From Meyerozyma guilliermondii (lineage: Eukaryota), in NCBI GenBank assembly GCA_051546255.1, contig CP128819.1, positions 930,001 through 994,000 on the forward strand: DNA of 64,000 nucleotides. The letters are read 5' to 3'. The translations under genes and the position numbers were made by a program. Within the stretch, counting starts at the first letter, position 1; every line of letters starts with the position of its first letter. This document shows, in pieces, positions 18,282 to 27,721 of this stretch. Below the pieces are notes generated by a model. It saw nothing but the letters and a program-made list of their open reading frames with translations. It was not told the origin of the DNA and ran no database searches.

Positions 18282-21200
18282 ATGGGCACACCTGGCCAGT
18301 TTGGAAGACCGGAGGTGGGAGCAAACGGTACTCAGACCCCAGCAGCAACAAATAGGCGTCCTTCTCTTCTCAAAAAACCATCGAGCTCCGGATTAGTAGC
18401 GGTGGTAGCAAACCATGGTTCTGGAACCAGTCAAAATCAGACCAATGGCGGAACTTCTGGCACCAACTCCGCTTCCGGACACATAAACAACACGAATCAC
18501 GCAACCTCGGGAAAAAGAGTTCTGTCTGGAGGATCCAATGATGGTGGAAATCTGACCTCTCATTTGACACTGTCCAACTCTGCCACTCCTTCCAATTCCG
18601 CTCACAATCACACTCATTTGCCGCAGATTAATCGCACAAGATCACGCTCGCTAAGCAAGAACCAACATGGAACTGCCCATGCGCCGCAATATTGGGCACA
18701 GGAAAAAGTGTACTTGAAGAAACTTCGCAATCAAACCATCGATGACTACTATACCAAGGGTATTAGCGGAGCAGAAACAGAGGGCGAAGAAGAGTCTACA
18801 GTCAACGACCTGGAGGAAGAAGAGGATACTCAACAGGAATCGAAGGACATTCTTGCGGAAATTGACGAGGACAAGTACCAGATAGATCTCAGTTTGGCAT
18901 TTTCCATGGTGAAGGATGGAATCGTCAACCCCAATAAGGATATTTCTCAGCTCAGTTTGGACTCCAGCGATGATCCTGCTGTGTTAGAACGACTCGAATG
19001 GCAGTCTATGTTGACATCAGTCTTAACAGGCGATGTGGTGACATCCGAAAAGACCAAAATCATAGAAAGCAATTCTCTGGGCCGCAACCACGAACTGTCA
19101 CAACTCGTCACCTACAAAGACAACTTGTGGTACGGAATCAAGGCTAAGCTTCTTGGTCGTACCGAGGACGATGAACGTAAGTTAATCGCATACAGACGAA
19201 CCTTGGTCGATACGCTTATAGATGACATTCTTACTTATGAAATTGTGGAACTGGATCCTACGGTGGGTAGTCCAAGGACTCAGGTAATCAGGATTCTTGA
19301 GAGGTACGAAAAGTGCTGCGAGCTCTGGAAAACATTGGAAGATATGCGCCAGGATAAGCCGTTGTGTCGGAGCCATGATTTTGTCGATAGGATCGATGCT
19401 CTCAATGCATGGTTGAGTATAACCGATGCTATAGAACGAGAGAGTAACTCACTTCGTATGTGGATTGGAAATGATGAGCTTGATATTACCAAGAGCCCGG
19501 TCAATACTCCAAACTCTGAATCTCCTGCCACAACTCCTACCAAGGTGGTGAAAAAAATCTTTGATGAGGACAATAAATCGTTAGCAGAAAGATTGATGAA
19601 GGAGAAAGATGTCCATACGATATTTAAGCAGCGAATATTCATTCCGCTTGCTCCATGGATGATAAAGGCGAAGGATACCTACATTTATTTGAAGCAGATT
19701 TTCGAATCCATTAAGCTTCCTGATTACATCCACAGTCTCATTCAATTGTGCTTGGTGCCTATGAAACTTATAAAAGAAATCATAAACGTGCGATTAAAGT
19801 ACGCTATGAAGTTACAGAACCCAACTTTGATGATGATTGACCAAATGCTCGACGACTTCAAATCCTACATTACCATTGCCTTAGAGGTAAAACTGGGGTT
19901 TATGCAATATTTCAGACCCGATGCTAGCAGGACGTGGATGCTACAAGAGTTGTTTGAGAGTGAATACCTCGAATTCGACAAGGCTGTGTTAAGTTGTGTG
20001 GACTACTTTTTGGTTCTATTAAGCAAGAAACTTTTGGATGGCTCGCGCTCATCAACAAACTTCAGAACCTTCAAGGAACCAGAGGAGTTGGAAGAAGCTT
20101 GGAACTTCTTGAGGTGGCTTGGAGACTACGTTGACGGCGGTAGTCCTGTCGTCTCTGTCCTGTTCACCCATCTTACGCTGAAGTTGATTCACAGGCTTCT
20201 TGCGTACTTCAACCATCAGATAAGATCTCCACCACCAAATCTCAAGTCCAACAGTACAGAATTAATACGCTGGTATAGCTCGACCAGTGAACATTTCGGA
20301 CAGTTGAGGAGAAAATTGTCCAGATTCGCGGGTGAAATTTCGAGGACTTTCACAAACTCAATAGTGTATGAGCTTCACGGAAATCAAGGTCAGCTCACCA
20401 AAGAGTTACTTGATGAGCTTCGAAATTCGGAACACTTTTTAGTGTATACTGGCACTGTCGAATCCCAAGGTACCTACTTCTTCGCTAGCCCAGAACTTAT
20501 GGGCCGAGAAACCGAGATATACCGTATGATTCACGGGTCGTATATCGGTCTTAGTGTGAACGACTCCAATCAATTTGATACGTTCTTGGACATTCTCAAT
20601 ATGGACGAAAAGCCGAGCGAGGTTGACGATCTCGACAATAACGTTGCATTACCATTAACATCCCAATCTAATGATCTCGCATACGTGCTAGCCATTTGTC
20701 CAGCCAAACCAATTGTGTGGGAAGGGGAAGTGGTTAGAATCAATACTGACGAGGTACCTATCAACGATCTTAAGGTTGGACAGGTGCTTTTAGTAACCAC
20801 CATGCCGTTCTACAGTTTGGACATAATCAAAGAGAAATTCACAAGTATTTTCGACAGCTCGAAGAAGATTGCGTCTGCCATCAAGCAGCTGGAAGTGAGA
20901 TGCTCACTTGCCAAAGTCCACTACGATCTCTCCAAAATCGACCGGTTGTTCTTCAAGATGACGTTGGCAGTCCTAGACTCTGTCAGAATAGTGAGAAGTA
21001 AATGTCTCACCATGGCGCCTGAAAGCGACTTCCAGGAGCTTATTAACAATTACTTTATCTATGCCCGTGACTATGGCCGGAGCTCCATCAAAAACCTCGA
21101 TACCTCACGAAAATCCACCGTGATCATGAAATTGATACAGCTATCCATCGAATGGGTGAGTTTCATCAGCGATGATTGTATACCCACAGACAGAAAGACG

Positions 21201-22526
21201 TTTCGTTGGTGTGTGTTAGCGCTAGAGTTTGCGATGGACATGACACGCGGATTCAACGTTCTTGTATTGGACGAGGAACAATTCTACAAGCTCAAAATGA
21301 AGGTTGCAAGATGCATGTCGTTATTAATTTCGCATTTCGATATCATGGGTGCCAGGTCCAGCGAGGCTGAAAAGAAAAAGCTCTTGAAGTGGACCGCACT
21401 GAGACACAGAATCGAGAACAGCGCCGACGACGAGCTCATTTTGCAAGCTTACCGAGATGATGTTATGGGTCAAATTGAGACTATCGAAGAGTATAGAAGA
21501 GAGCTTCAAGACGGTCTTCTGACTGTGGGCAGAGTATTGGAGGTGACGGATCTGGAATACCAGTTTGTTACGTTGCTTGCTTCGTCATTTTCAAGTGTGT
21601 CTATAAGATGGCAAAAGGGCCGTTTTATTGGCGGAGGTACTTTTGGTAGTGTGTTCTCTGCGGTGAACTTGGATACTGGAGGAGTCATGGCAGTCAAGGA
21701 GATTCGGTTTCATGATAGCCAGTCGATTAAGAATATCGTGCCGTCTATCAAAGATGAAATGACGGTGTTGGAAATGTTGAACCATCCAAATATTGTACAG
21801 TATTTCGGAGTCGAGGTCCACAGGGACAAAGTGTACATTTTCATGGAGTTCTGTGAAGGGGGTTCGCTTGCAAGTTTATTGACTCACGGCCGCATAGAAG
21901 ACGAAATGGTGGTTCAAGTGTACACTTTACAAATGCTCGAAGGATTGGCATATCTTCACCATTCAGGTGTGGTTCATCGTGATTTGAAACCGGAAAATAT
22001 CTTGCTAGATCACAACGGAGTAATCAAGTTTGTGGACTTTGGTGCTGCCAAGGTGATAGCTACTAGTGGAAGAACTAGAACCAGCGGAAGCACGTCTCGC
22101 AGAGGAAGTGCTGGGGGAGATAATAGCGATAGGTTAAACTCCATGACGGGAACTCCCATGTATATGTCACCAGAAGCGATTACAGGATCTTCCAGCAGCA
22201 AGAGTGGAGTCGTGGATATCTGGTCTTTAGGGTGCTGTGTGCTTGAAATGGCTACTGGTCGTCGTCCATGGGCAAACCTCGATAACGAATGGGCCATCAT
22301 GTACCATATTGCTGCTGGACATCAGCCCCAACTTCCTTCGTCGGACCAGCTCAGTGCCGAGGGATGCCGTTTCCTTTCCAGATGTCTTGAGCACGATCCC
22401 ACAAAGAGACCTAGTGCTATGGAGTTATTGGCTGATCCTTGGATAGTCCAAATTCGACTCGCTGCGTTTGATTCGTCCGAGGCATCCAGCACTCCATCTT
22501 CCGAGCAAGCACCCGAAGTGAACTAA
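18282..22526 (+). CDS. SSK2: HOG-pathway MAP kinase kinase kinase Ssk2
   Basis: ERLEWQSMLTSVLTGDVV motif, DCIPTDRKTFRWCV, C-terminal kinase domain GGGTFG/HRDLKPEN/DFG/RRPWANLDNEWAIMYHI. Confidence 0.96.
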   Translation: MGTPGQFGRPEVGANGTQTPAATNRRPSLLKKPSSSGLVAVVANHGSGTSQNQTNGGTSGTNSASGHINNTNHATSGKRVLSGGSNDGGNLTSHLTLSNSATPSNSAHNHTHLPQINRTRSRSLSKNQHGTAHAPQYWAQEKVYLKKLRNQTIDDYYTKGISGAETEGEEESTVNDLEEEEDTQQESKDILAEIDEDKYQIDLSLAFSMVKDGIVNPNKDISQLSLDSSDDPAVLERLEWQSMLTSVLTGDVVTSEKTKIIESNSLGRNHELSQLVTYKDNLWYGIKAKLLGRTEDDERKLIAYRRTLVDTLIDDILTYEIVELDPTVGSPRTQVIRILERYEKCCELWKTLEDMRQDKPLCRSHDFVDRIDALNAWLSITDAIERESNSLRMWIGNDELDITKSPVNTPNSESPATTPTKVVKKIFDEDNKSLAERLMKEKDVHTIFKQRIFIPLAPWMIKAKDTYIYLKQIFESIKLPDYIHSLIQLCLVPMKLIKEIINVRLKYAMKLQNPTLMMIDQMLDDFKSYITIALEVKLGFMQYFRPDASRTWMLQELFESEYLEFDKAVLSCVDYFLVLLSKKLLDGSRSSTNFRTFKEPEELEEAWNFLRWLGDYVDGGSPVVSVLFTHLTLKLIHRLLAYFNHQIRSPPPNLKSNSTELIRWYSSTSEHFGQLRRKLSRFAGEISRTFTNSIVYELHGNQGQLTKELLDELRNSEHFLVYTGTVESQGTYFFASPELMGRETEIYRMIHGSYIGLSVNDSNQFDTFLDILNMDEKPSEVDDLDNNVALPLTSQSNDLAYVLAICPAKPIVWEGEVVRINTDEVPINDLKVGQVLLVTTMPFYSLDIIKEKFTSIFDSSKKIASAIKQLEVRCSLAKVHYDLSKIDRLFFKMTLAVLDSVRIVRSKCLTMAPESDFQELINNYFIYARDYGRSSIKNLDTSRKSTVIMKLIQLSIEWVSFISDDCIPTDRKTFRWCVLALEFAMDMTRGFNVLVLDEEQFYKLKMKVARCMSLLISHFDIMGARSSEAEKKKLLKWTALRHRIENSADDELILQAYRDDVMGQIETIEEYRRELQDGLLTVGRVLEVTDLEYQFVTLLASSFSSVSIRWQKGRFIGGGTFGSVFSAVNLDTGGVMAVKEIRFHDSQSIKNIVPSIKDEMTVLEMLNHPNIVQYFGVEVHRDKVYIFMEFCEGGSLASLLTHGRIEDEMVVQVYTLQMLEGLAYLHHSGVVHRDLKPENILLDHNGVIKFVDFGAAKVIATSGRTRTSGSTSRRGSAGGDNSDRLNSMTGTPMYMSPEAITGSSSSKSGVVDIWSLGCCVLEMATGRRPWANLDNEWAIMYHIAAGHQPQLPSSDQLSAEGCRFLSRCLEHDPTKRPSAMELLADPWIVQIRLAAFDSSEASSTPSSEQAPEVN

Positions 22527-22582
22527 TTGACTACATGTCATTTCACCGAGTATTATATATTTTATTTACAGGACGTTTCTAG

Positions 22583-22963
22583 TCAAACGTTATGATTTTC
22601 ATCAAGTACTTTCATCACTTCTTGAACCACATCTCCCTTTATATTAGCATAGCCTGCCGTCCGATTGACCACAATATGTTGCGGTTGTATATGTGGCAAG
22701 GTAGCAAGCAAGTCTCTCTTGAATCTGTTAACATCTCCCTGGATTCTCTTGACCTCAGTGGTAATCTTGGTGTTTTGTACTTTTTTGTAAACGGGCCAAT
22801 GTCCAAATTTCGACTTGTGAATCCAGTATGAGTTTTTTCCGAAATTGCTATTCACCAACTCATCGCTGGATATACTAGAAAGCGCAGGGAACTCGTACGG
22901 AGCAGGCGCTTTTACTGGAGTTTTCACTCTGACCGCTTTAAAAACTATCGATGTGGGCTTCAT
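22583..22963 (-). CDS. IMG2: Mitochondrial ribosomal protein mL49 (Img2)
   Basis: Y.I.KS..G.WPVY...T.VKRIQGDV motif of the L49/IMG2 family; neighbour of RSA4/SSK22 in S. cerevisiae. Confidence 0.85.
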   Translation of the reverse strand: MKPTSIVFKAVRVKTPVKAPAPYEFPALSSISSDELVNSNFGKNSYWIHKSKFGHWPVYKKVQNTKITTEVKRIQGDVNRFKRDLLATLPHIQPQHIVVNRTAGYANIKGDVVQEVMKVLDENHNV

Positions 22964-23053
22964 GAAGAATCAGGTTGACTTGAAAAATTCAACCATAGAT
23001 ACGTTATCTGCAGTACAAAAAATGTTACCATTAAGTCATATATAAAAGAGTAG

Positions 23054-24772
23054 CTAACCGGCCGTTATAGCGCCCTCTATCGGTAGAAAAGCTGCATCTT
23101 CTGGTTTGTTGCTCTTGTAGTGCACCTTCATGTGTTTGGTCAAGTTTGAAGATTCTCGGAACCGTTTTCCACATCCTGGCCATTTGCACATCAACGGCTT
23201 TTCGCCTGTATGCACCCTATTATGGATCGAAAGACTGGAACTGGTAGAGAACTGTTTTCCACAGACATTGCAGGCGTATGGTTTCTCGCCTGAATGAGTC
23301 CGCATGTGCTGTTTAAGCATATTTGCAACTGCAAAACGAGCGCCGCAGATGTCGCACACGCATGGTCGATGCTTAGTATGGATGAATAGATGCCTCACTA
23401 GTTTCTGTCTCTGTCGAAAGTTTTTCCCGTTGTGACGTTCACAGCCCATCCAGCAACAATCGTACAGCTTTTGGCCGGATTTGAGGTGTTCTTCGAGAAG
23501 ATGGTTGTGAAGTTCCGCGGCAGAACCATGGCTCTTCCCGCAAGGCACCGGCACGCCATTTTCTGTATGGGTTTCCCATTTACAGGTGAAAGTTGGATCT
23601 TCGACATGGTTACATCGCAGATGGGCATCTGTAGGCCTTATTTCCATGGCGGTGATATTGTAGTTTGACGCCTGGCCAACCGGTCTTATGTCTAGATGGT
23701 GGTCAGTGGTGGTGTTTTCGAGCGGAGATGAGTTTGCTGAGAGTTCTGATGAGCTTGGTGTCAACACATTGTTCTTGTTTGTTTCTGAGTGTTTCTTGTG
23801 GACGTTCACATGGTTTATCAACGAGTTTAAATCGGAATCCATAAAGTTGCAATAGTTCCATTCGCAGTGGTATGGCGCCTCGCTTTTAACGTCTGAGCGG
23901 GAGTATTCCTGGCCAATATGGTTTTCCAAGAGGTGCTGTAAGAAGGTCTGGTTGGTGACGGTTTTATGGCAATTTTCCCATTCGCACAAATACTCTGGGT
24001 ACGATATATCTGAAAGCGACTTGAGTGTTTCGTTGAAATTGTTGAATTGGACATAAAAGTCAAAGTCGGACATCACGGGGTCTTCAGACCCGATAGGAGG
24101 GTTGGGAATGGTGGTGTGAAAGCATGACTGGTGGATATGGTGGTGATTTACAGAGCACGGTTTAGCATCGGAATCACACTTTGTTGAAGCATTTTGCTCT
24201 GGAGCAGGATGGCATTCGTGAGGGAAATGGAGCTGCAACTTTGGTACCTTGAGAGGGTCCGAACGCAATTTTTTCCGGGGCTGTTCCTCACAAATACCGC
24301 TATGAACGTTATTGATCAAGTTTTCAAAAATGGGCCGTTTGGAGAGCTGAAGATCACATAAATTGTTCTCGTGGTCCTGATGTTCACCCGAGCAAGCAGG
24401 GTCCTTACAAACCAAACTAGGACATACAGAATTTGTCGAGTCACAGTTGGGATCTTCACAGCATGAAGTACAATCGTAAGTGGAGTAGGCGGTTTCATCG
24501 TAGCATTCATGTTGCAGACACTGATCTCTGGTATCTTGGCAATTGGTGAAGAGACAATCATCAAGCTCATTGCAAAAAATTTCATCACAGAGTGCCAATT
24601 CTTCAGATTCTGGACATAATTCAACTTTGTCAGCGGCTTCATCTAAACCATGATGATGGTCATGATCATGATTATGAATATGTCCATGGATATGTGTATG
24701 ATCTTTGTGTTTGTGGATGTGGCCATGTACGAATCCGTGGGTAAGGACCTTTTCCGCCAGTATCTCTTGCAT
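23054..24772 (-). CDS. ZAP1: Zinc-responsive C2H2 transcription factor Zap1/Csr1
   Basis: His-rich N-terminus HGHIHKHKDHTHIHGHIHNHDH, Cys-rich segment, tandem CEW/CKW-type fingers and C-terminal fingers with HTGEKP/HSGEKP linkers; first ATG at 24772. Confidence 0.9.
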   Translation of the reverse strand: MQEILAEKVLTHGFVHGHIHKHKDHTHIHGHIHNHDHDHHHGLDEAADKVELCPESEELALCDEIFCNELDDCLFTNCQDTRDQCLQHECYDETAYSTYDCTSCCEDPNCDSTNSVCPSLVCKDPACSGEHQDHENNLCDLQLSKRPIFENLINNVHSGICEEQPRKKLRSDPLKVPKLQLHFPHECHPAPEQNASTKCDSDAKPCSVNHHHIHQSCFHTTIPNPPIGSEDPVMSDFDFYVQFNNFNETLKSLSDISYPEYLCEWENCHKTVTNQTFLQHLLENHIGQEYSRSDVKSEAPYHCEWNYCNFMDSDLNSLINHVNVHKKHSETNKNNVLTPSSSELSANSSPLENTTTDHHLDIRPVGQASNYNITAMEIRPTDAHLRCNHVEDPTFTCKWETHTENGVPVPCGKSHGSAAELHNHLLEEHLKSGQKLYDCCWMGCERHNGKNFRQRQKLVRHLFIHTKHRPCVCDICGARFAVANMLKQHMRTHSGEKPYACNVCGKQFSTSSSLSIHNRVHTGEKPLMCKWPGCGKRFRESSNLTKHMKVHYKSNKPEDAAFLPIEGAITAG

Positions 24773-24824
24773 GGTGGAGAAAAAACCTGGTGAACCGAGA
24801 ATAACGGATGCAGCCGTACGGGGT

Positions 24825-24857
24825 ACCTGGGTGGTTATCGCACGTGACCTGGTGGGA
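24825..24857. promoter_or_regulatory. Candidate zinc-response elements flanking a CACGTG E-box in the ZAP1 promoter
   Basis: ACCTGGGTGGTTAT (24825-24838), CACGTG (24841-24846), ACCTGGTGGGA (24847-24857). Confidence 0.5.
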
Positions 24858-26378
24858 TAAAAATTAGGTGAACGTAACTCCGTGAAAAGTTGATTGGAGT
24901 TGATTGACTTCGGAATTATGTGACTGGTGTAGGTCAAACTTGGAAAAGTGTGATAATTTGAGAATATTTACCTATTCGACTGGATAGTGTAACCGATGCA
25001 AATGAGCTGAGATAACGTGAGGCCGTCGGAATTCCTGTATGTGAATTACAGTTACTGAGGAAGACTGCAATTGACGTAGAATGAGCAAATAACATTTAAG
25101 CCATTGGTAAGCCATGTTCTAGCCGTCACTGCTAAAAATGAGCAACATCAACTCACATAACGGTACCGTATACACGAGTCCAACTCAATGCTATTTTTTG
25201 GGTAACTTTTCATCTCAATAAAACTGGCTGGATGGGATACATTTCCTCAATCTGGAACACAAGTGATATCGGGTGTCCGCTTTTAGTCAGATACTCCCAA
25301 AGAATGATGCAAAATATCAGATTATCCCAAAGAATGAATACTATGTCTTTGTGCATTCAATGCTAGGTCACAAGATAGATCACAAGATGACCCAGCTCTT
25401 AAATCGGTCAAAATGTTGACTCTCTCAATTACTTCTACGATCGAATTGTGTTCTGATCTCTATATATAGAACTGTTTTGGATTTCTACATCAGCTAAAGC
25501 GCGGTGCATACCTCAGTTGAGTTTTGACTGGCTGCGAAAATGGCTTATGGATTTCGCGATGTATACCGCGAATAATCTGGGATGCCAAGATTCTTCCGCG
25601 CTGAAAATCGCAGTTCCGCTCACTGGCAATAACGTGACCATGATCGGCCAATACGGCTTTGTTCAATGGCCATTGTTCTCTAATGGTGCATAACTGCGTG
25701 CAGTGTTATCTTCCAATGCATAGGGTTTTACGTTTGAAATGTATGGACACTCGGAGTGAGCCCATACATTGCGGAATACGCAATGGTGCCGATCCTTCAT
25801 TTTCGTCCATTTTTGAAGTTCGAGACCGTGTCGGGAACGGGATTAAGCTCAAATCCTAACTTTAGAAAAAGAATCTTGCATTTCGTAACCTGACCCGATT
25901 AGGCAAGATATCAATATTGCGATGATCTCCCGCGACGCACTAACGCAAATCCGATTCCTCCCCACACACAACGCCACAGCGAACGATCAGATCATGATGC
26001 ACCTAGCTGCCTTTCCATCGGATTACAATCATAAATCTTCAAGACAGTTATTAGATGCCAACTTTTACCGGACAGCAAAAGAAACACTTGCTACCCCCTT
26101 GCAGTGTCGCGACATATATTAAGTATGCGGTGCGAGCCTGATGCAGGTTCATGCAAATGCATGCAGCTCGGTCTAGGCTACATCCGAACAAACGAACAAT
26201 AACTCAATGTTCTAATTTCCTAACGCGTAAATTTACATCAGGGAAGGTTGGAGTTTAATTAAACAATGGCACTGCGAACAAGTTGTTTATTTTTTGCAGC
26301 TTCTCCCTTCCTCACATATACAACCCGATTCTTCCGTACTCATTATTTGAAACCTTAAATTTATAATTATTTTCCATC

Positions 26379-27677
26379 ATGACAATAAAGTTGTTGGAGA
26401 GGTGGAAACATCGGTCCCATGCTCCGCCTTCAAATACCATTCGCAAATCAAAGTCTCGCGAGTTGCTCAATAAGGTTCTCGGCCACAAATCCCCTGCTCA
26501 ACATAGCCATAAACCGTCACCAGATTCTGTGCAAATTGACCAACCCAAGCTCAAGACCATCACTGAACAAAGTATCCATTCTGTAGCACTGGCATGCTCC
26601 AGCGATATCTCATCGATCATTTCTCCATACCAAGAACATCAACCAACTGATTCCACCATAAATGGATTTGCAATTGTTCTGACACCACCTCAAGAACAGC
26701 CGTCTATCAGCGAGCCTCCACATATACCTGCCGCCACCATATATGCCGAGGATATCGATAATCTTTCATTTTTGCATGATACTGTCGATGGAGTGTCTCA
26801 CAGTACTGCCCGCAACTCGCTACAAAATGTGTCATTTCAGCCGGAGGAACTGACCGATGTTGGCTCGCTCACAAATGCCAAAATCCAGGTGTTTAAACCT
26901 CACCGCAGTTCTCGAAGGAGCCTCAAACTCGTATCGCCAGCTGCAACTGCTCCGTCCATCGGAGAAGTGGACATAGTACAGCCAATTGTTCCAGAACAGC
27001 CATTAGCTGCTGTCTTCGAGAACCAGAGTCCAATAATACGATCGCCACTTTTAGGAAGTGATACTGACGAATCTACAACCAGCGATCTCTACCGACACGA
27101 AATGGTCGAGCTCGTTAATAGCAACCGAGCTCTTCTTGAGAAAAAAGAGCGAGAAATTGCGGTGTTGAGAGAACTTCTACAACAAGAAAGACGAATAAAC
27201 TCGTATCTCTCGTCGCCGCAACAAAAGCATAAACCACAACCATCATCTGGACGCAAATTCCGCCCCAGATTCATTCCCTTGGACATTAGCATTACCAATT
27301 CTGAACCCTCAGAGCCACACACGAAACCTTCTGCCCTTATGGAACCGTTTGACCCACGGCCGTTCGAGATCACACCCAGACTGGCAGAATCGCCAAAACA
27401 AATGGATAATACAACTCCAAAAAGCCGAATGTCTACGACCTCTTCAATTTACTTCTCTGCATCGGAAGATACCATACCTAATATCTCGACACCCGAACTA
27501 TCAATCGTACAAGAGATGAACAGCATGGAAATAACCAGCAAGAATTCAGTTCTGGAACTTCGAAGTTCTGATAATACTTATACCCTTTCGGCCGAGTCGC
27601 TTGGGTTCCAAAGAAAGGAATCAAACAGCACAATGGCATCAGATTTACTAGAAATTAGTCTTTCGATCAAAAATTAA
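26379..27677 (+). CDS. Hypothetical Ser/Pro-rich disordered protein with one short coiled coil (432 aa)
   Basis: Long ATG-initiated ORF filling the gap between the ZAP1 promoter and PAT1; coiled-coil-like HEMVELVNSNRALLEKKEREIAVLRELLQQERRIN; no recognisable domain. Confidence 0.8.
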   Translation: MTIKLLERWKHRSHAPPSNTIRKSKSRELLNKVLGHKSPAQHSHKPSPDSVQIDQPKLKTITEQSIHSVALACSSDISSIISPYQEHQPTDSTINGFAIVLTPPQEQPSISEPPHIPAATIYAEDIDNLSFLHDTVDGVSHSTARNSLQNVSFQPEELTDVGSLTNAKIQVFKPHRSSRRSLKLVSPAATAPSIGEVDIVQPIVPEQPLAAVFENQSPIIRSPLLGSDTDESTTSDLYRHEMVELVNSNRALLEKKEREIAVLRELLQQERRINSYLSSPQQKHKPQPSSGRKFRPRFIPLDISITNSEPSEPHTKPSALMEPFDPRPFEITPRLAESPKQMDNTTPKSRMSTTSSIYFSASEDTIPNISTPELSIVQEMNSMEITSKNSVLELRSSDNTYTLSAESLGFQRKESNSTMASDLLEISLSIKN

Positions 27678-27721
27678 TATAGATACCCAGGTTATGAATT
27701 CACCTATGACCTAACCTAAAA

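Noticed and set aside
4175..24772. ZRG17 and ZAP1 as a zinc gene cluster
   Set aside because: Separated by six unrelated genes over 17 kb, and I found no ZRE-like site in the ZRG17 promoter.
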